Assembly: GCF_030144855.1 (NCBI RefSeq)
Contig: NC_082707.1
Location: 57,474,001-57,538,000 of the forward strand
DNA from: Hypanus sabinus
Taxonomy: Eukaryota
Reading direction: 5' to 3'
DNA: 64,000 nt
Translations under genes and position numbers: made by a program
Shown: positions 48,701 through 61,161 of the stretch, piece by piece
Layout of the letters: every line of letters begins with the position of its first letter
Position numbering within the stretch: the first letter of the stretch is position 1
The notes under the pieces: generated by a model
The model's database searches: none
What the model was told of the DNA's origin: nothing
What the model saw: the letters and a program-made list of their open reading frames with translations, nothing else

Positions 48701-49060
48701 AAATGTAAGTAAGTTTGAAATAGTAGTGAGAAAATCTAGACGGATGTTGTTGGGACTGGAAGATCTGAGTTATAAGGAAGATTGAACAGATAGGACTTTA
48801 TTCCTTGGAACATAAAAGATTGAGAGAATATTTGATAAATGTATACAAAATTATAGGGGGTATGGATAGGGTAAATGCAAGCAGGCGCTTTCCTCTGAGG
48901 TTGGGTTAAGGTTGAAAGTTGAAAAATTTAAGGGGAACATGAAGGGAAACTTCATGTTTCCTAGGTCAATGGGATCAGGTAGATTAAATGGGTCAGCACA
49001 TAGTAGATGGCTCAAATGGCCTGTTTCTGTGCTGTACCTTTCAACGTCTCTATTATTCTA
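45794..49060 (+). mobile_element. CR1 LINE (ORF1 esterase, deleted ORF2, 3' end) interrupted by an inverted CR1 piece
   Basis: VVIGDSIARG, CCLPGA and VHVGNSD at 45850-46030; endonuclease start at about 46440; resumes at about 47560; RT C-terminus LKVASQVD..RPYLEY. Confidence 0.8.
46595..47550 (-). mobile_element. CR1 RT core fragment, inverted
   Basis: ORF 46624-47061 QGSVLGLQLFTIYINDL..KFADDTKL..LQRDIDRLSEWARVWQMEYN. Confidence 0.9.
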
Positions 49061-49688
49061 ATGATCCCCTTATATAAAATCTCCAAGTTCATTATAATTA
49101 TGCAATAGTGCAGTCTATGATGATTCTTCTTCCTAGCGTAGAGAATGTGACTGAGGCCTTTAATGTGGATTGAGCACTGTATACAAAAAAAAAGTTAAAA
49201 CAAAGGAAGAGGACACTGGATTGTATTGGAGACTTGTTGGAGAAAACTGTGCTATTTGGAAAAAATGGAAGGGGTAGGGAAGGATGTGAGAGCAGGGTTT
49301 ATGGCCTCAGAAAGGATATGTACGTTTGTTACTGGAACTGGACTGGATGGATAATAAGGTGAGAGCAGGAAGACCAGCAATTGCCAAATGGTTGTTCATT
49401 GTAGACAACATTTGAAAGTAATTCTTCTTGAGTCAAACCAATGAGAGAGCATACTGGAACTACCACTAAGCAACTATCAGACATTAACCTAATTCAACAT
49501 ATTAGTTGAACACTTAATACCTTCATGTTATGCCTGAGAGACATGCATTGTCTATGCAACATTTGTAAGTGAAATCATTAATCTTACATTAAAAGGTATA
49601 AAACAACCTTAATGTCTTTTAAATGCAGCCAAAACCAATGCTCAACTTAACAATCAGCATTCTTTTTTTTTTGTTAATATTGCTGTAC

Positions 49689-49782
49689 CTTTTCTGACTC
49701 TTGGACAATGAAGCTGAGTGCCTTTGATGTCATTTCCTTCGATCTCATTCCAGATTTTAAACTTGAATTTATCGGATGGTAA
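49689..49782 (-). CDS. Probable upstream exon of the LRR gene
   Basis: ttttttctaag|TTA CCA...AAA G|gtacag; 94 bp; phase 0 to 1 joins the 44084 exon; LPSDKFKFKIWNEIEGNDIKGTQLHCPRVRK. Confidence 0.55.
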
Positions 49783-50387
49783 CTTAGAAAAAATGGAGAA
49801 GTTAAGGGACTTTCATTGTACAACATTTTACTATTTTCTGTAATCCAGCATTAAAATGTGTGCTTAAAGGTCATACAATTATTAAATCCTAATTTCTTTA
49901 ATCAATATGGAAAACTAACAATCATTTTCTTGGTTGTATCATTTAGAAAGTTAAGTTATTTTACTGTTCAGCTACTCATTGACTCAGTTTTTTCTAAATA
50001 CATTGACTGTTATACAACTGTTGTTGGCATGTTCATGTTCACAGATTTCAGGTGGTCTTCAATAGAACTCTGATTAGAAACTCAATACAAAAAATAAGTG
50101 ATGTAACTCCAGGTTCCCCAATGCCTGTCTACTACCATTAAATACCATCAGGAGCATGACCAAAAGACCTTCTTTACTGGCCTGGTTAGCTGCAACTGCA
50201 ACAATACTTGAGAGAATGAATATATCCGAAGACTACACCCCACAGAATAAATACTTCATCGCCAACATAAATATTTGGCTCCTTAAGATCATGGTTGTTC
50301 TGACATTCAATACAACAACAATTCTTTGTAACACTCATTATCACCATCTTCCAGAAAGACAATGGTAGCAAACACGTAACACAATTA

Positions 50388-50610
50388 CACACACAAAATG
50401 CTAAAGAAACTCAGCAGTTCGGGCAGCATCTATGAAAAGGAATAAACAGTCAATGTTTCAGGCCATGTCTTTCATCATAGAGTCCTGATGAAGGGTCTCA
50501 GCCCAAAATGTCAACCATTTATTGTTTTCCGTAGATACTGCCTGACCTGCTGAGTTTCTCCTGCGTTTCGCTTGTGTTACTTTGGAGGTCTGCAGAATCT
50601 CTTATGTTTA
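50388..50610. repeat. Palindromic Penelope-type repeat with two opposed degenerate hammerhead cores
   Basis: acacaaaatgct..ctcagcag..ttcatcat / agtcCTGATGAagggtctcagcccAAAAtgtc..ctgctgagttt. Confidence 0.7.
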
Positions 50611-52634
50611 TAAAAACACAATTCTATCATTATTCCTTCTTATGTTAGACATTTATCCCCAGTGCTCCAATAATTTCTTTCTGATCTTTTTACAAGAATA
50701 GGGCTTCCCAGATCCCAATCACTACCAATAAAGATGAGCAATAAATCCAAATTTTGTCAGGAACACCCATATCCCAAGAAAGAATAAAAGGTGGCTTCCC
50801 CAGTAGGCCTTCTAAATCAAGTTGGCATATCAATGGGTTTAGAGGGAGGAAGTAAAGGGTCCAGTCTTCAGGGACAGGGAAAAAAGAATAGAGGGCAGCA
50901 TTCCAAAGGAGTGCTACATTAATGTCTATCTTAGACATGTTTTAATTGAACCAAGATCCCAGAGCCAAATTGTGACCTGCTCGGCCATTTCCACCTTAAG
51001 TATTAATAAGTCTGAGAAAGCCTGCTTCTTCGTGCATGGCACATGGAAGGTGCACTCTCGAGCAAACACCAATAAAAATTGAAAGAAGTGCATTTCAGGA
51101 GTGCATTGCATGTGGTTGGATTCCACTATGCACATTCAGGGCCCTACCCATACAAAAACATTAGATGGAGGGTGTGAAAAGATTTTGCACAACTTAAATG
51201 TTGGTTTTGATTCTCAGTTTAAACAATTTATGTTTCAGTGAAAATGGATCTCATGGTGTTCAAAAACGTAAAATTAAGAAATCCACTTTTTAGATAAAGC
51301 TGTCCCAATTATATTTTAACTTGTGTTCTTGATCCAGAGATGCTGACTGATCTGCTTTGTATCTCTAAAATTCTCCGTTTGGGTTTCTCATTGGTTCTCA
51401 TCTCCACAAACTATTACCATTGCCCATTTCAGATTCTTGTATCTTTTTCCAGTGAATAAAACAAAATAGATTCACGGAATCTTCTGTGAATATTCAGATC
51501 TTGAGTACAGAAAGACCACTGAAGACCACAATTTTAATGCCTTCTGATAATTCAGCCTCCAGTAGCTTTTTGAGATATCCATACAGACTTCATTAGAAGT
51601 CAAATGCTTGACATTTTTTTACCTAAGTATCCCGTGTACTGCACCATAATAGATCCAATTGACAACAAGAAATGATACCAACATGTGCAGGACTGGATAT
51701 GTTGGAAAATTTAACAGTTTCAATTGTGGCTTGAGAGAAATATTCCAGCTCTTCATCCCATAAATAAATCCTAGGCCTCTTGCACTTTAAAAACTCTCTC
51801 ACATCCCTGACTGCAAACCTTACCACCCACATACCACCTGTTACCATCTTCCTCTTTACTTCCTCAACCCTTCCTGTAATGACGAGCCTGATCCCCTGGT
51901 AGTGGCATCCACTACCTATTCATAGATTTACATTGGGCTCAACTGTCAATATACACTGAGTATTAAAATTCCTAAGTCACCAGGGCTAATTCTTCTCTGC
52001 ACCAAACTCCACCCGACATTCCTGTTCCAAGTTAACATTGGAGCTGTTGATGAAAGCTTATACAAAAACATTTTTATTCACAGCACTTATCCCTACATTT
52101 GATCTCAATACTTGAAGCAATATTCAATGTGACCTTTTTATATAATTCTTCTCTTGTATGCTGTTAGCTTCACGTGATATTTTATTATTAAATACACACT
52201 TGTTTCCGCAAGCAGATTCTAAAATCTAAGCATACAGTCTGTTTCCAAAATAAAGTCCAAACTCTGAAATGGAAAATTACATCTCTGTATATAAGATCAC
52301 AATCACAATTGTGATTAAGTATTGAATTCATGATCATTGTTGAAAATAACAAAAGTACATCTGAAATAATTTCTTAAACCAAGCTACAATCAGAACTGTA
52401 ACTTAAATGTTTCATATTGGCTGATCAAGTAAAGCAGAAATTCCTTGTTGAAAGTATATTAACATTTCAAAATTTATTCCTTGCCATATTTATTTGTGGT
52501 TAGTCTTTTGATATTAACTTGACAAATAAAATGTGATTTACATAAATATATAGAATCATATTTTGTGGTCCTAAAGTTAGAACTGAAGCAAATTATAAAA
52601 ATAAAAGTAGTTGTGCAGAATCCTTTCATCTTAC

Positions 52635-52710
52635 CTTTGCAATTATTTCCCTATAACCCTCTTTACCTGTTATTTTTCTAGACCATAAGCCTAGTTCATA
52701 ATTGATTTCT
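52635..52710 (-). CDS. Probable upstream exon of the LRR gene
   Basis: tgcag|A GAA...GCA AAG|gtaaga; 76 bp; phase 2 to 0; EINYELGLWSRKITGKEGYREIIAK. Confidence 0.5.
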
Positions 52711-52742
52711 CTGCATTTAGTTAGTTTGGTGCCGTACTCTAA

Positions 52743-53257
52743 TACAGTGGCCACTGAGTGTACGTTTTGAGTAATCTACTGCGGCAGCCCATCCACTTCA
52801 AGGTTTGATGTGTTAAGTACTTCTGCACACCACTGTTGTAAAGTGGTGCTATTTGAGTTACTCTTGCCTTCCTGTGAGTTTGAGCTCATCTGGCCATTCT
52901 CCTCTGACCTCTTCATGAACAAGGTGTTTTCACCCACAGAGCTGATGCTCACAGATCTTTCCATTTTTTGCATTATTCTCTGTAAATTCTAGAAACTGTT
53001 GTGTGTGAAAATCACAGGAGAGCAACAATTCTGTGGATACTCAAACCACCCCATCAAACCATCAAAAATTATTTCATCATCAAAGTCACATCAATCACAC
53101 TTCTTGCTCATTCTGATGTTTGGTCTGAACAACAACTGAACCTCTCGACCATGTCGGCATGCTTTTATGCATTGAGTTGCTGTCACATGATTGGCTGATT
53201 AGGTAGTTGCTTTAACGAGCAGCTGTACATGTGTACCTAATAAATGGCCACTGAGTG
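52743..53257 (-). mobile_element. Non-autonomous Tc1/mariner derivative
   Basis: tggccactgagtgt motif at both ends; terminus gtacctaataaatggccactgagtgt; frameshifted transposase N-terminal remnant on the minus strand. Confidence 0.7.
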
Positions 53258-53309
53258 TTATCACTAATGGGAAGGAAGAGGCCTTTTCTGAAGGCCACAC
53301 AGAAAACCA

Positions 53310-55230
53310 GCAGTTGAAACAGACTTTATTTAAACAGCTGTGGACGAATGTGTGCCTATTAAATCATTCAGTCTTTCCCAATCAGAAGCCCTGGTTGAAC
53401 CAAGAGATCTACAATCTGCTGAGAGTCAGATCAGAGGCATTCATGTACTTTGACCAAGAAAGTTACAAGAGGTCCACTTACAATCTCCAGAAAGCCATCT
53501 CATGGACAAATGGAAATTCTGGATGAAGCTTGAATCAGCGAAGACAGTTGTGGCAGTGTTTGAATGCTATCACCTCTTATATAGTTAAATCAAGCAACAT
53601 GGGAGACAGTAGGGCTTAGATTTTGGAGTAGCTCGATACCTTCTATGCTCACTTTGACCATCAAATCCTGAAGGAACCATCACAAACCCCCACATCCACT
53701 GCTGATCCTATGATTTCAGTCTCTGAAGCCTACATGTGAGGTGATCCCACAAACAGCATCCAGCCCAGACCTGGCCATACACTGAAGACCTGTGATGAGC
53801 AACTGGCTGATGTGTTTTCTGAGATCTTTAGTTTCTCACTTTGGCAGTGTGTGATACCCACCTGCTTCAAGCAGGCTTCAATTATACTGGTCCGAAGAGT
53901 GTGGTGACCTGACACAATGACTATCAACCAGCAGCAGCTACATCCACAGTGATGAAGTGTTTTGAAAGGTAGGTGATGAAACATTTCAATTCTTGCCTGA
54001 AAAATAACTTCGATCAGCTTCATTTTTGCCTACTCAACCCTGGAACATCTGGATAGCAAAAGTGCATACATCAGTATGTTCTTCATCGACTACAACTCAT
54101 CATTCAATCCATTATTTCCTTGGCCTCCTTATGTAATTAGATCCTGGATTTCTTCACTTGCAGATCCCAGGCAACAACATCTCCTTCATAAGCTCCATCA
54201 GCACAGATGTACCCCCTGCTCTACTCACATTACACCTACCACTGTGTAGCTAAGCACAGCTCCAATGCCATATTCAAGTTTACTGATGACACCACTGTTG
54301 AAGGGTGAATCAGAGGTGGTGATGAATCAGGATATAGGATGGAGATTGAAAATCTGGCTGAGTAGTGTCATAACAACTCATTGTCAGCAAGACCAAGGAG
54401 CTCATTATTAACTTCAGGGAAAGGAAACCAGAGGTCCATGAGCCAGTCCTCATCGGAGGCTCAGAGGATCAAAGGTGGAGAGGGTTAGCAACTTTGAATT
54501 CCTCAGTGTTTTTATTTTGGAGGACTGCCCTGGGCCCAGCACTTAAGTGCAATTACGAAGACAGTATAGCAGTGCCTCTACTTCCTTAGGAGTTTGTGGA
54601 GATTTGGTGTGACATCTAAAACTTTGATAACTTCTATAGCTGTCTGTTGGCTGGCTGCATCACAGCTTGGCTTGGAAACACCAATGCCATTGAATAGAAA
54701 GTCCTAAAAAAGAAGTGGATATGGCAGAGGTCAAGCTCTCCCCAACAATTGAGCATATCTACATGAAATGCTTTCACAGGAAAAGAGCCTCCATCAGTAG
54801 GGACCCCTGTTGTCCAGGGTACACGATTTTCTCACTGCTGCCATCAAGAGGGTAGAAAAGCCTTGGGACTCAGACCATCAGGTTGAGAAACAGTTATTAC
54901 CCCTCAAACATCAGGCTCTTGAATCAAAGCCCTATTAACTTGCCCTATTAAAATGTTCCCACAACCGATGAGTACCTTTCAAGAACTCTTCATCCCACAT
55001 TCTTGATATTTATTGCTTATTTATTTATATTATTGTACCTTCTTTTTGCATTTGTACACTGTGTTGGCTTCTGCACTCTGTTTGAATGCTCGAATTGGAT
55101 GGTCTTTCATTGATTTTATTATAGTTATTGTTCTATGGATTTGTTGAGTATGCCCACAAGAAATTAATCTCAGGGTTGTATATGGTGACATATAGGTACC
55201 TTGAAAATAAAATTTACTTTGCTCTTTCAA
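53310..55230 (+). mobile_element. Rex1/Babar-like LINE, decayed
   Basis: FPNQKPWLNQEI; KFTDDTTV and KTKELIINF in shifted frames; 3' UTR ends aataaaatttactttg. Confidence 0.88.
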
Positions 55231-55769
55231 CTTTTTTCTGTAGCTTAGTATATAAAGTGGTGAACCCATGACATATGCTCAAGATTGCACACACAAAAAT
55301 GTTGTTAGTATGTGGCATGCAGTGTAACCTCTTGATTTTTTAAACCCCACCCATAATAAAAATGATACCTAATCACTAGCTTTACTGCCAGATGAAGCAG
55401 TGAATATTTTTTACGCCCTGAGGGCAGTGAGATGTTCTCACAGGAACCATCTCACAACAGCTTGGCACCAGCTGGACTGTTGCAAGAACATGTGACCTTG
55501 AATGATCTGTTTTGAAATCATTGCAGACTTGGTGTACAGTCTTTGGATAGCAAATGATTGCATTAACAATATTACTTAGAAATAATGGCTGATTTTTCCA
55601 TTATCTTTTAAAAAGATTAATATTAAGAGTTTTTGAACAGGTTTTTGTAAAGTGAATCATTTATTTCAAAATGTGTTGTCAAACTTCTATTAGTAGTAAA
55701 GCAATGAGTAAACATAAATAAACAACCTTATTCCTTCTTCCTTAAAAAGTCCATTGTTATTATTACTAA

Positions 55770-55775
55770 TTTATT
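55770..55775 (-). promoter_or_regulatory. Candidate polyadenylation signal of the upstream minus-strand gene
   Basis: AATAAA on the minus strand about 210 nt after the TAG at 55987. Confidence 0.3.
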
Positions 55776-55986
55776 AAGTGACAATCTCTGCTCAAAAGTA
55801 TCATAGAAAGCGAGAATTATTTTAGAAGATTGTCGCCAATTTGGACACATGCTCTCAAGAAGTTTCCCCACCCCTGGATGCAGCCATTAATCATTGTGAA
55901 AGTACCATTGAAACTGCCCATGTACAGCAATAACCTTCCCTTGTTAAAACAGTTGAACAGTTTTGTGAATGAAATGCAGCTACAAG

Positions 55987-56255
55987 CTAGGTAAATTCGT
56001 CAAGATAGGGACGATAACAATCATTTAAAATAATTTGCTTTTTTATATTGGCTATATCTCCTGTACATCCTATCCACACAACTAGGCAAGGAGAGGAACA
56101 GAGGCATGATATTTGAGGAGAAAGGTTAGTCACTTCTTCCCTTGGAGTGAGTCTCAGAGTGCTATAGGATAAGCTCTTGAAATAGTCATGATCTAGCTGC
56201 CTCATTTGTAAAGAATATGCAGCTTTGAGAAATCCAAGATCATGATAAAAACTAC
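55987..56255 (-). CDS. Putative terminal exon of an uncharacterised minus-strand gene
   Basis: tctcgctttaag|GT AGT TTT...ACC TAG; 88 open codons (SFYHDLGFLKAAYSLQMRQLDHDYFKSL...SSPCLVVWIGCTGDIANIKKQII...DEFT*); AATAAA on the minus strand at 55770-55775. Confidence 0.5.
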
Positions 56256-56364
56256 CTTAAAGCGAGAAATGCTCAAAGAACATGAAAAAGTATGTACTGT
56301 ATGATCATTTCTAATACGGCAAATTGCATCAGTCTATCATTAAGTTATTTTTTAATCAATCACT

Positions 56365-56860
56365 TCTGGTCACTGACCTAAAGGAAAAATATCAATAAGA
56401 TTGAAAGAGTACAAATAAAATTTATAAGGATGTTTCTGGGACTTGAGTTAGAAGGAAAGCTTGAATAGGCTAAGACTTTATTCACTTGAGTGTCAGAGAA
56501 CAAGGTGAGATTTGATAGAGGTATAGAAAATTATGAGCGGCATAGATAAGGTAAATGCTTTTTCCGCTGATGTTGTGAGACTAGAACCAGAAGTCATGGG
56601 TTAAGGGAGAAAGGTGAAATGTTTAAGGGGAACATGTGGGAGAACGTCTTCAATCAGAAGGTGGTAGGAGTGTGAAAGGAGATGCCAGTGCAAGTTGTGG
56701 ATGCGGGATTGGTTTCACCATTTAAGAGAAATTTGGATAAGTACATGAGTGAGAGAAGTATGGAGGGTTGTGGTCCAAGTGCAGGATTATAGAACGAAGC
56801 AGAAAAATAGTTTAGTACAGACTAGATGATCCAAAGGCCTGTATCTGTGCAGTAATGTGT
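56365..56860 (+). mobile_element. CR1 LINE 3' fragment
   Basis: gatttgatagaggtatagaaaattatg (DLIEV-KIM) and a CR1 3' UTR. Confidence 0.8.
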
Positions 56861-57239
56861 GAAGGTTCCTTGATACATATTTGTCAGGGAACTGAAAGTC
56901 AGAGCTCCAACAAATTTCATATCAAAACACCATGGGATGTCTGCAGTATTTACATAGCATTGCAGTATTTACTCTTGAACACACCGTTTTTCTTGAATTG
57001 AAGTGACTACACTTAAATCCCTTAATTGGACTACTTGGGATTAATTTGTAAACATCTATGCTTACTTTTTGCACAACTTATGGCTTTATTATTTACAATT
57101 ATCTTATTTTCTCATCAGGAATAAAAACAAACTGTGATTTAGAGATTTTGCTGTGCACATAACCCCAATCACATGTCATCCAATGTCTAATTTCAATGTT
57201 TTCTCTGTTTAGGTATCACAGATGAGATAGAATACATAC

Positions 57240-57283
57240 CGACAGTTACGTTTATCACAAGAGTGTGCTTTACAGCAAATGCA
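57240..57283 (-). CDS. Putative small exon of the uncharacterised minus-strand gene
   Basis: Long pyrimidine tract with CTAAC branch point, cattag|T GCA...GTC G|gtatgt; 44 bp; AFAVKHTLVINVTV, phase-compatible with the 56255 exon. Confidence 0.4.
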
Positions 57284-58031
57284 CTAATGTGCGGTTAGAG
57301 AGGTAAAAATAAAATGTAGAGAAGAGATGTACTTCGTTTCTATGCAACTTGAATTGGGATCATCGCTATTAGGATGGCTGAATGTGCATTGTGATTCTTC
57401 CTCTGCATTTTGTGGTGCTATCCTATTGATTAATGTTATCATTGCCGAAGAATTTAATGGGCCCAAAGCAGATGAGTCATATACCAATATCAGTAATTTC
57501 CTTCTGGGTCAATAACTGTATTACTCACATGTTCATTTTTGTGCCTCTCTATTTACCTGAATGGTTGTGTATTTAAAAGTTCCTTTATAGTATTTGTAAT
57601 TATTCTTGACTGCAAACTAAATTTTATTTTGGCCATTGTCAGCCCCAATTGAGGACTCACTACAGGAAGCTTTAAGCTTAACTGTAAATGCAAATAGTGC
57701 ACTTAAAAAAAACCATATTACTGTGTTTAAATAGGAAAAACTCATCTATGTAAACATGAAAGAAGATACAGCTTTTGAAATTGTTCAGGTTTGATCACGT
57801 TACTTGTGTTTTGGGGCATGGATCTCATTAAATGAATAAATATTCTATCATTGCATTCTCACTGTAATGTGCTGAAATATATTCACCATTCAATGACTTT
57901 TGCATTAATAAATCAAGTATAATTGTATAAATCATCAAATCAAAGCCCATTTCCTATCTTTTCCTGTGGTAGAATGTCCATCTGTATTCTATATTACGCA
58001 TTACTCCAGCTATGGCCCAATGAAATCTTAC

Positions 58032-58112
58032 ACAAAATATGAGCAGCAGCTTCTTTTTACATTCAGTGTTGTAGATTTTTTCCCTGATGTAGAAAGATTG
58101 ACACATATTTCT
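58032..58112 (-). CDS. Possible exon of the uncharacterised minus-strand gene
   Basis: ttgcag|AGA...TGT|gtaaga; 81 bp; open in two frames; link to the next exon unresolved. Confidence 0.3.
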
Positions 58113-58214
58113 CTGCAAATATATTGTAAATATTTGGCTTTTTAGGTGATATTATCTTTCATTGTTCTGGCTGACTGCTTATTTTATTAAAGAGGACTAT
58201 TTTGTCATACTTAC

Positions 58215-58357
58215 AGGTGACAATATTCCTGAATCACAGCTCTGCTGCAGAGCCTCTTTCCGTCTGCAGGGAGCTGACTGTGAAAAGCTGCTATCACTGA
58301 GGTTAGACCATGGCGAAGTCCGAGTCTTGGGGAAGCTACCACAGTTTGTGTTCACCC
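58215..58357 (-). CDS. Exon of the uncharacterised minus-strand gene
   Basis: ttcttcag|GG GTG...TCA CCT|gtaagt; 143 bp; only one open frame: VNTNCGSFPKTRTSPWSNLSDSSFSQSAPCRRKEALQQSCDSGILSP. Confidence 0.6.
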
Positions 58358-59019
58358 CTGAAGAACTACAATACAACAGAAAGTTAAAGCATTCTAGGTG
58401 CTTTAAAAATTTGGATTGATTTGAATTAACTTTACTTAGCTATCAAACAGCAGAACAGTGAGTTATATTTGATTTGACCAAGTTTCTTCTGAATTTCAAA
58501 GAAATTTCTGGACTATAGTGTTCAAAGTGAATTAAATTTGATCACCGTCCAAATATGACTTTGCATCCCCAAAGAGAAAACACAGCAACACCAGTCATAA
58601 TAAGTATTTTATGGATATCTGCTTCCTCTGCCACCAGGTCTGCCTTCCTAACTTTGTTTATCTTTTAATCTCTCATTCTGCTTGAATCAGCTTGTACATT
58701 CCCAAGTCACTAAACATTTTAGTTCTTCTCTTCCCTGATCTTCACTCTGGTCTGCTCTACAAAAGGCCTGAGAAGTGCACACACTATTTTGGCAGTAAGA
58801 CTGGGACCACCCACTCAGCTGCTTTTGCTGATTATAATGCATTTTCCTCTTTACTTCCTTTTGTACACTTGAACTTCATCTTTCTCCAGCTTTCTGCCAC
58901 TACCTCTTTTTGAGACCATTTATGCATTAGATTCTTGCCTTGTTCTCTCAACTGCTAACCATCTATTCCTGACTGCCTTTGTCACTCTCTTCCTGAACAA
59001 CATTTCCTTAATCCAATAC

Positions 59020-59190
59020 AAATGCAGATACTGGAATATAAGACTAAGACAGAAATGTGGGAAGAACTAAACCAATCAAACAACAAAGAGAAACTAAGGA
59101 TCTCAGAGGGAGTTACTGATGCAAAATGTTGACCAGGTTCTCTTTCTATACATGCTACTTGACTGGCTGTGGTCTTTCAGTATTTCTGTA
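59020..59190. repeat. Old, decayed copy of the palindromic Penelope-type repeat
   Basis: aaatgcagatactggaat..gaagaact..aaaatgttgac..catgctacttgactggctg..cagtatttctg. Confidence 0.4.
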
Positions 59191-60247
59191 ATTATTTTAT
59201 TTTGATCGCATCCTCACCCACGCCCCTACAGTCCTTGTAAAGCTGTTTCAAACCCTTGTTTCTTCTCCATGCTCCTTGAACATGTTACTTCCAGATGTTA
59301 TGCCCACTCTTCCTTCAAATTCATATTCAAACTACTCCTATCAAACTTCCTTCAGTGAAATTTTGATGCTCATTCTTTCAGATGACTTCCTCTGTAAGTA
59401 TGATAATGATGAACTATCTCCTTGTTCTTTTGACACTTCTGTAGCTCTTGACAGGCTTGACCACTTCGCCCTCTTATTCCATACTAATATCATGCCCCTT
59501 CCTTGATGTAATTTGGAGATACAGCATTGAGTTCCACAAACATTTTGCTTTCCCTTTTGCCACTATTTTTGTCTCACCTATTGTTTCCATGTTTTACTGA
59601 TTGGATGATGATCATTTTTGAATAAGCTTTAAAATCTTCCAACAAAATATCAGAAGATTCAAGCTATTGCATTCACTTTCTCACCACTGATTCAGTCCCA
59701 CTCTCTTGTCACCCAGTTGGAACCAGTCTGTTGTCAAAAATATTATATTTGACTCTCAGCTTTATCTTTCAAAAATAATGTTGGATTGGAGTGAGAGAAG
59801 AATTGTTGTTTTTTGGGATTACCTCAGCATTAAACATATTTCTTACATTTTATCTCTTCTTGGTGTGAACGCAGCAATTCTCTAATTGACAGCCAGTCAA
59901 GCTATTGCTATTTTGTATTGAACCCTCAGATTGTTCATTGTCAGACATTATTGAGAATTTATGATAGGCTCACCGCATCACACAGTAGATTTATGTATCA
60001 AAACTGAAGGAACGTGTCAAAGTAAGAAATTGTCAGAAAGGGTTAACTGTGAGCATTAGTGTAAACCAGTTGATGTAATGCAAAGGTACTATGAACTTTA
60101 CTTAAAATAAATGAATTGAAATATCTATTCCTTTCCATACTGAAATGAGATGTAATGCACCATCTAAAACTGGGAAAACACATAGAAAATCTAAATTCAT
60201 ACAGACCCCTTTAAATATTAATTTTAGTGAAAGTTATGAATACTTAC

Positions 60248-60314
60248 TGAGGTTTAGGTTACAATTAATCCCGAATTTTCTGTATGAAGTAACCAAAGTA
60301 ACTGGATACTTAAG
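60248..60314 (-). CDS. Exon of the uncharacterised minus-strand gene
   Basis: caccag|CTT AAG...CTC A|gtaagt; 67 bp; phase 0 to 1; LKYPVTLVTSYRKFGINCNLNL. Confidence 0.62.
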
Positions 60315-60575
60315 CTGGTGTAAATGAATCATGAAGGTAATGTGTTTATTTAACCAGAACTAAACTTGCAGTTGTGAAATACAATATACAGTCTAACAAG
60401 ATAACAATTGTTCTTTCTGCATTAGTTAGTCTTTCTACAAATTTATGGTTGTTGCTTTATTTTAATCATAAATAAAGTTGCAGTAATTTACCTTCGACTG
60501 CTTCCCATCAAGGTATCTTTACCTTGTATAGAATTGCATGATTGTCATTCTAACACTCTATTTTACTGCTCTTAC

Positions 60576-60704
60576 CTTTCTGACATGTTCTGCCACTGTT
60601 ACGATTGGCTCCTCAGCTGCCTCAGCATCAACATCTGGTGTAAACAACTTCAATTGTCCTAAATCCATGAGAAGGCGATGCATAAGACCAACCTGCTCCG
60701 TTAC
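60576..60704 (-). CDS. Exon of the uncharacterised minus-strand gene
   Basis: tgccag|GTA ACG...AGA AAG|gtaaga; 129 bp; VTEQVGLMHRLLMDLGQLKLFTPDVDAEAAEEPIVTVAEHVRK. An alternative acceptor at 60721 is possible. Confidence 0.7.
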
Positions 60705-61112
60705 CTGGCAACTTCCCAAAGCTAAAGTGATAGACACATGAGATGAACACTAGGATGCAGGTTAGGTTGCACATCAGTAGGAGGTGGTTACTAATATGGG
60801 AAAACATTATTACTTAACAGTATGCAAAAAACGAGAACTTTGGTTCAAACAAATGAAAACGACTGCAGAAAACCCATTTGAAAATGACTCCTGATTAACA
60901 AATGTTCCTGTCACTCTGTGCCATGTCTAAAGGATTTTCTAATTTCCTATAGTAATAAAAATTAACATTCGAAGTAAAATGTTGTCTAGGTAAATGTATA
61001 ACATTATTTTCTTTTGTAAGAAGGAGAAGGACTCTGGATTGGCATCTATTGATGTCTCAAGTCTTGCTAAAAGACAAAATGACAAGATAACAAGGAAGAT
61101 GTCCTTCTAAAG

Positions 61113-61161
61113 CAGTAGTCCCCAACCTGGGTCCATGGCATGAAAAAGGTTGGGAACACTG
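61113..61161. mobile_element. 49-bp hAT-type MITE
   Basis: TIRs CAGTAGTCCCCAACCT / AGGTTGGGAACACTG; flanks TTCTAAAG / CTCTAAAT (6 of 8 TSD match). Confidence 0.65.

Noticed and set aside
49689-49782. Alternative frame MRSKEMTSKALSFIVQESEK as the LRR start
   Set aside because: It ends in phase 0, incompatible with the phase-1 exon at 44084; it cannot be excluded if that exon is skipped.
51415-51622. Candidate minus-strand exon bounded by AG/GT
   Set aside because: Stop codons occur in all three frames.
57284-57503. Minus-strand ORF LVYDSSALG..IETK as an exon joined to the 57283 exon
   Set aside because: It would need a 49-nt intron, too short for a vertebrate, and I see no recognisable homology.
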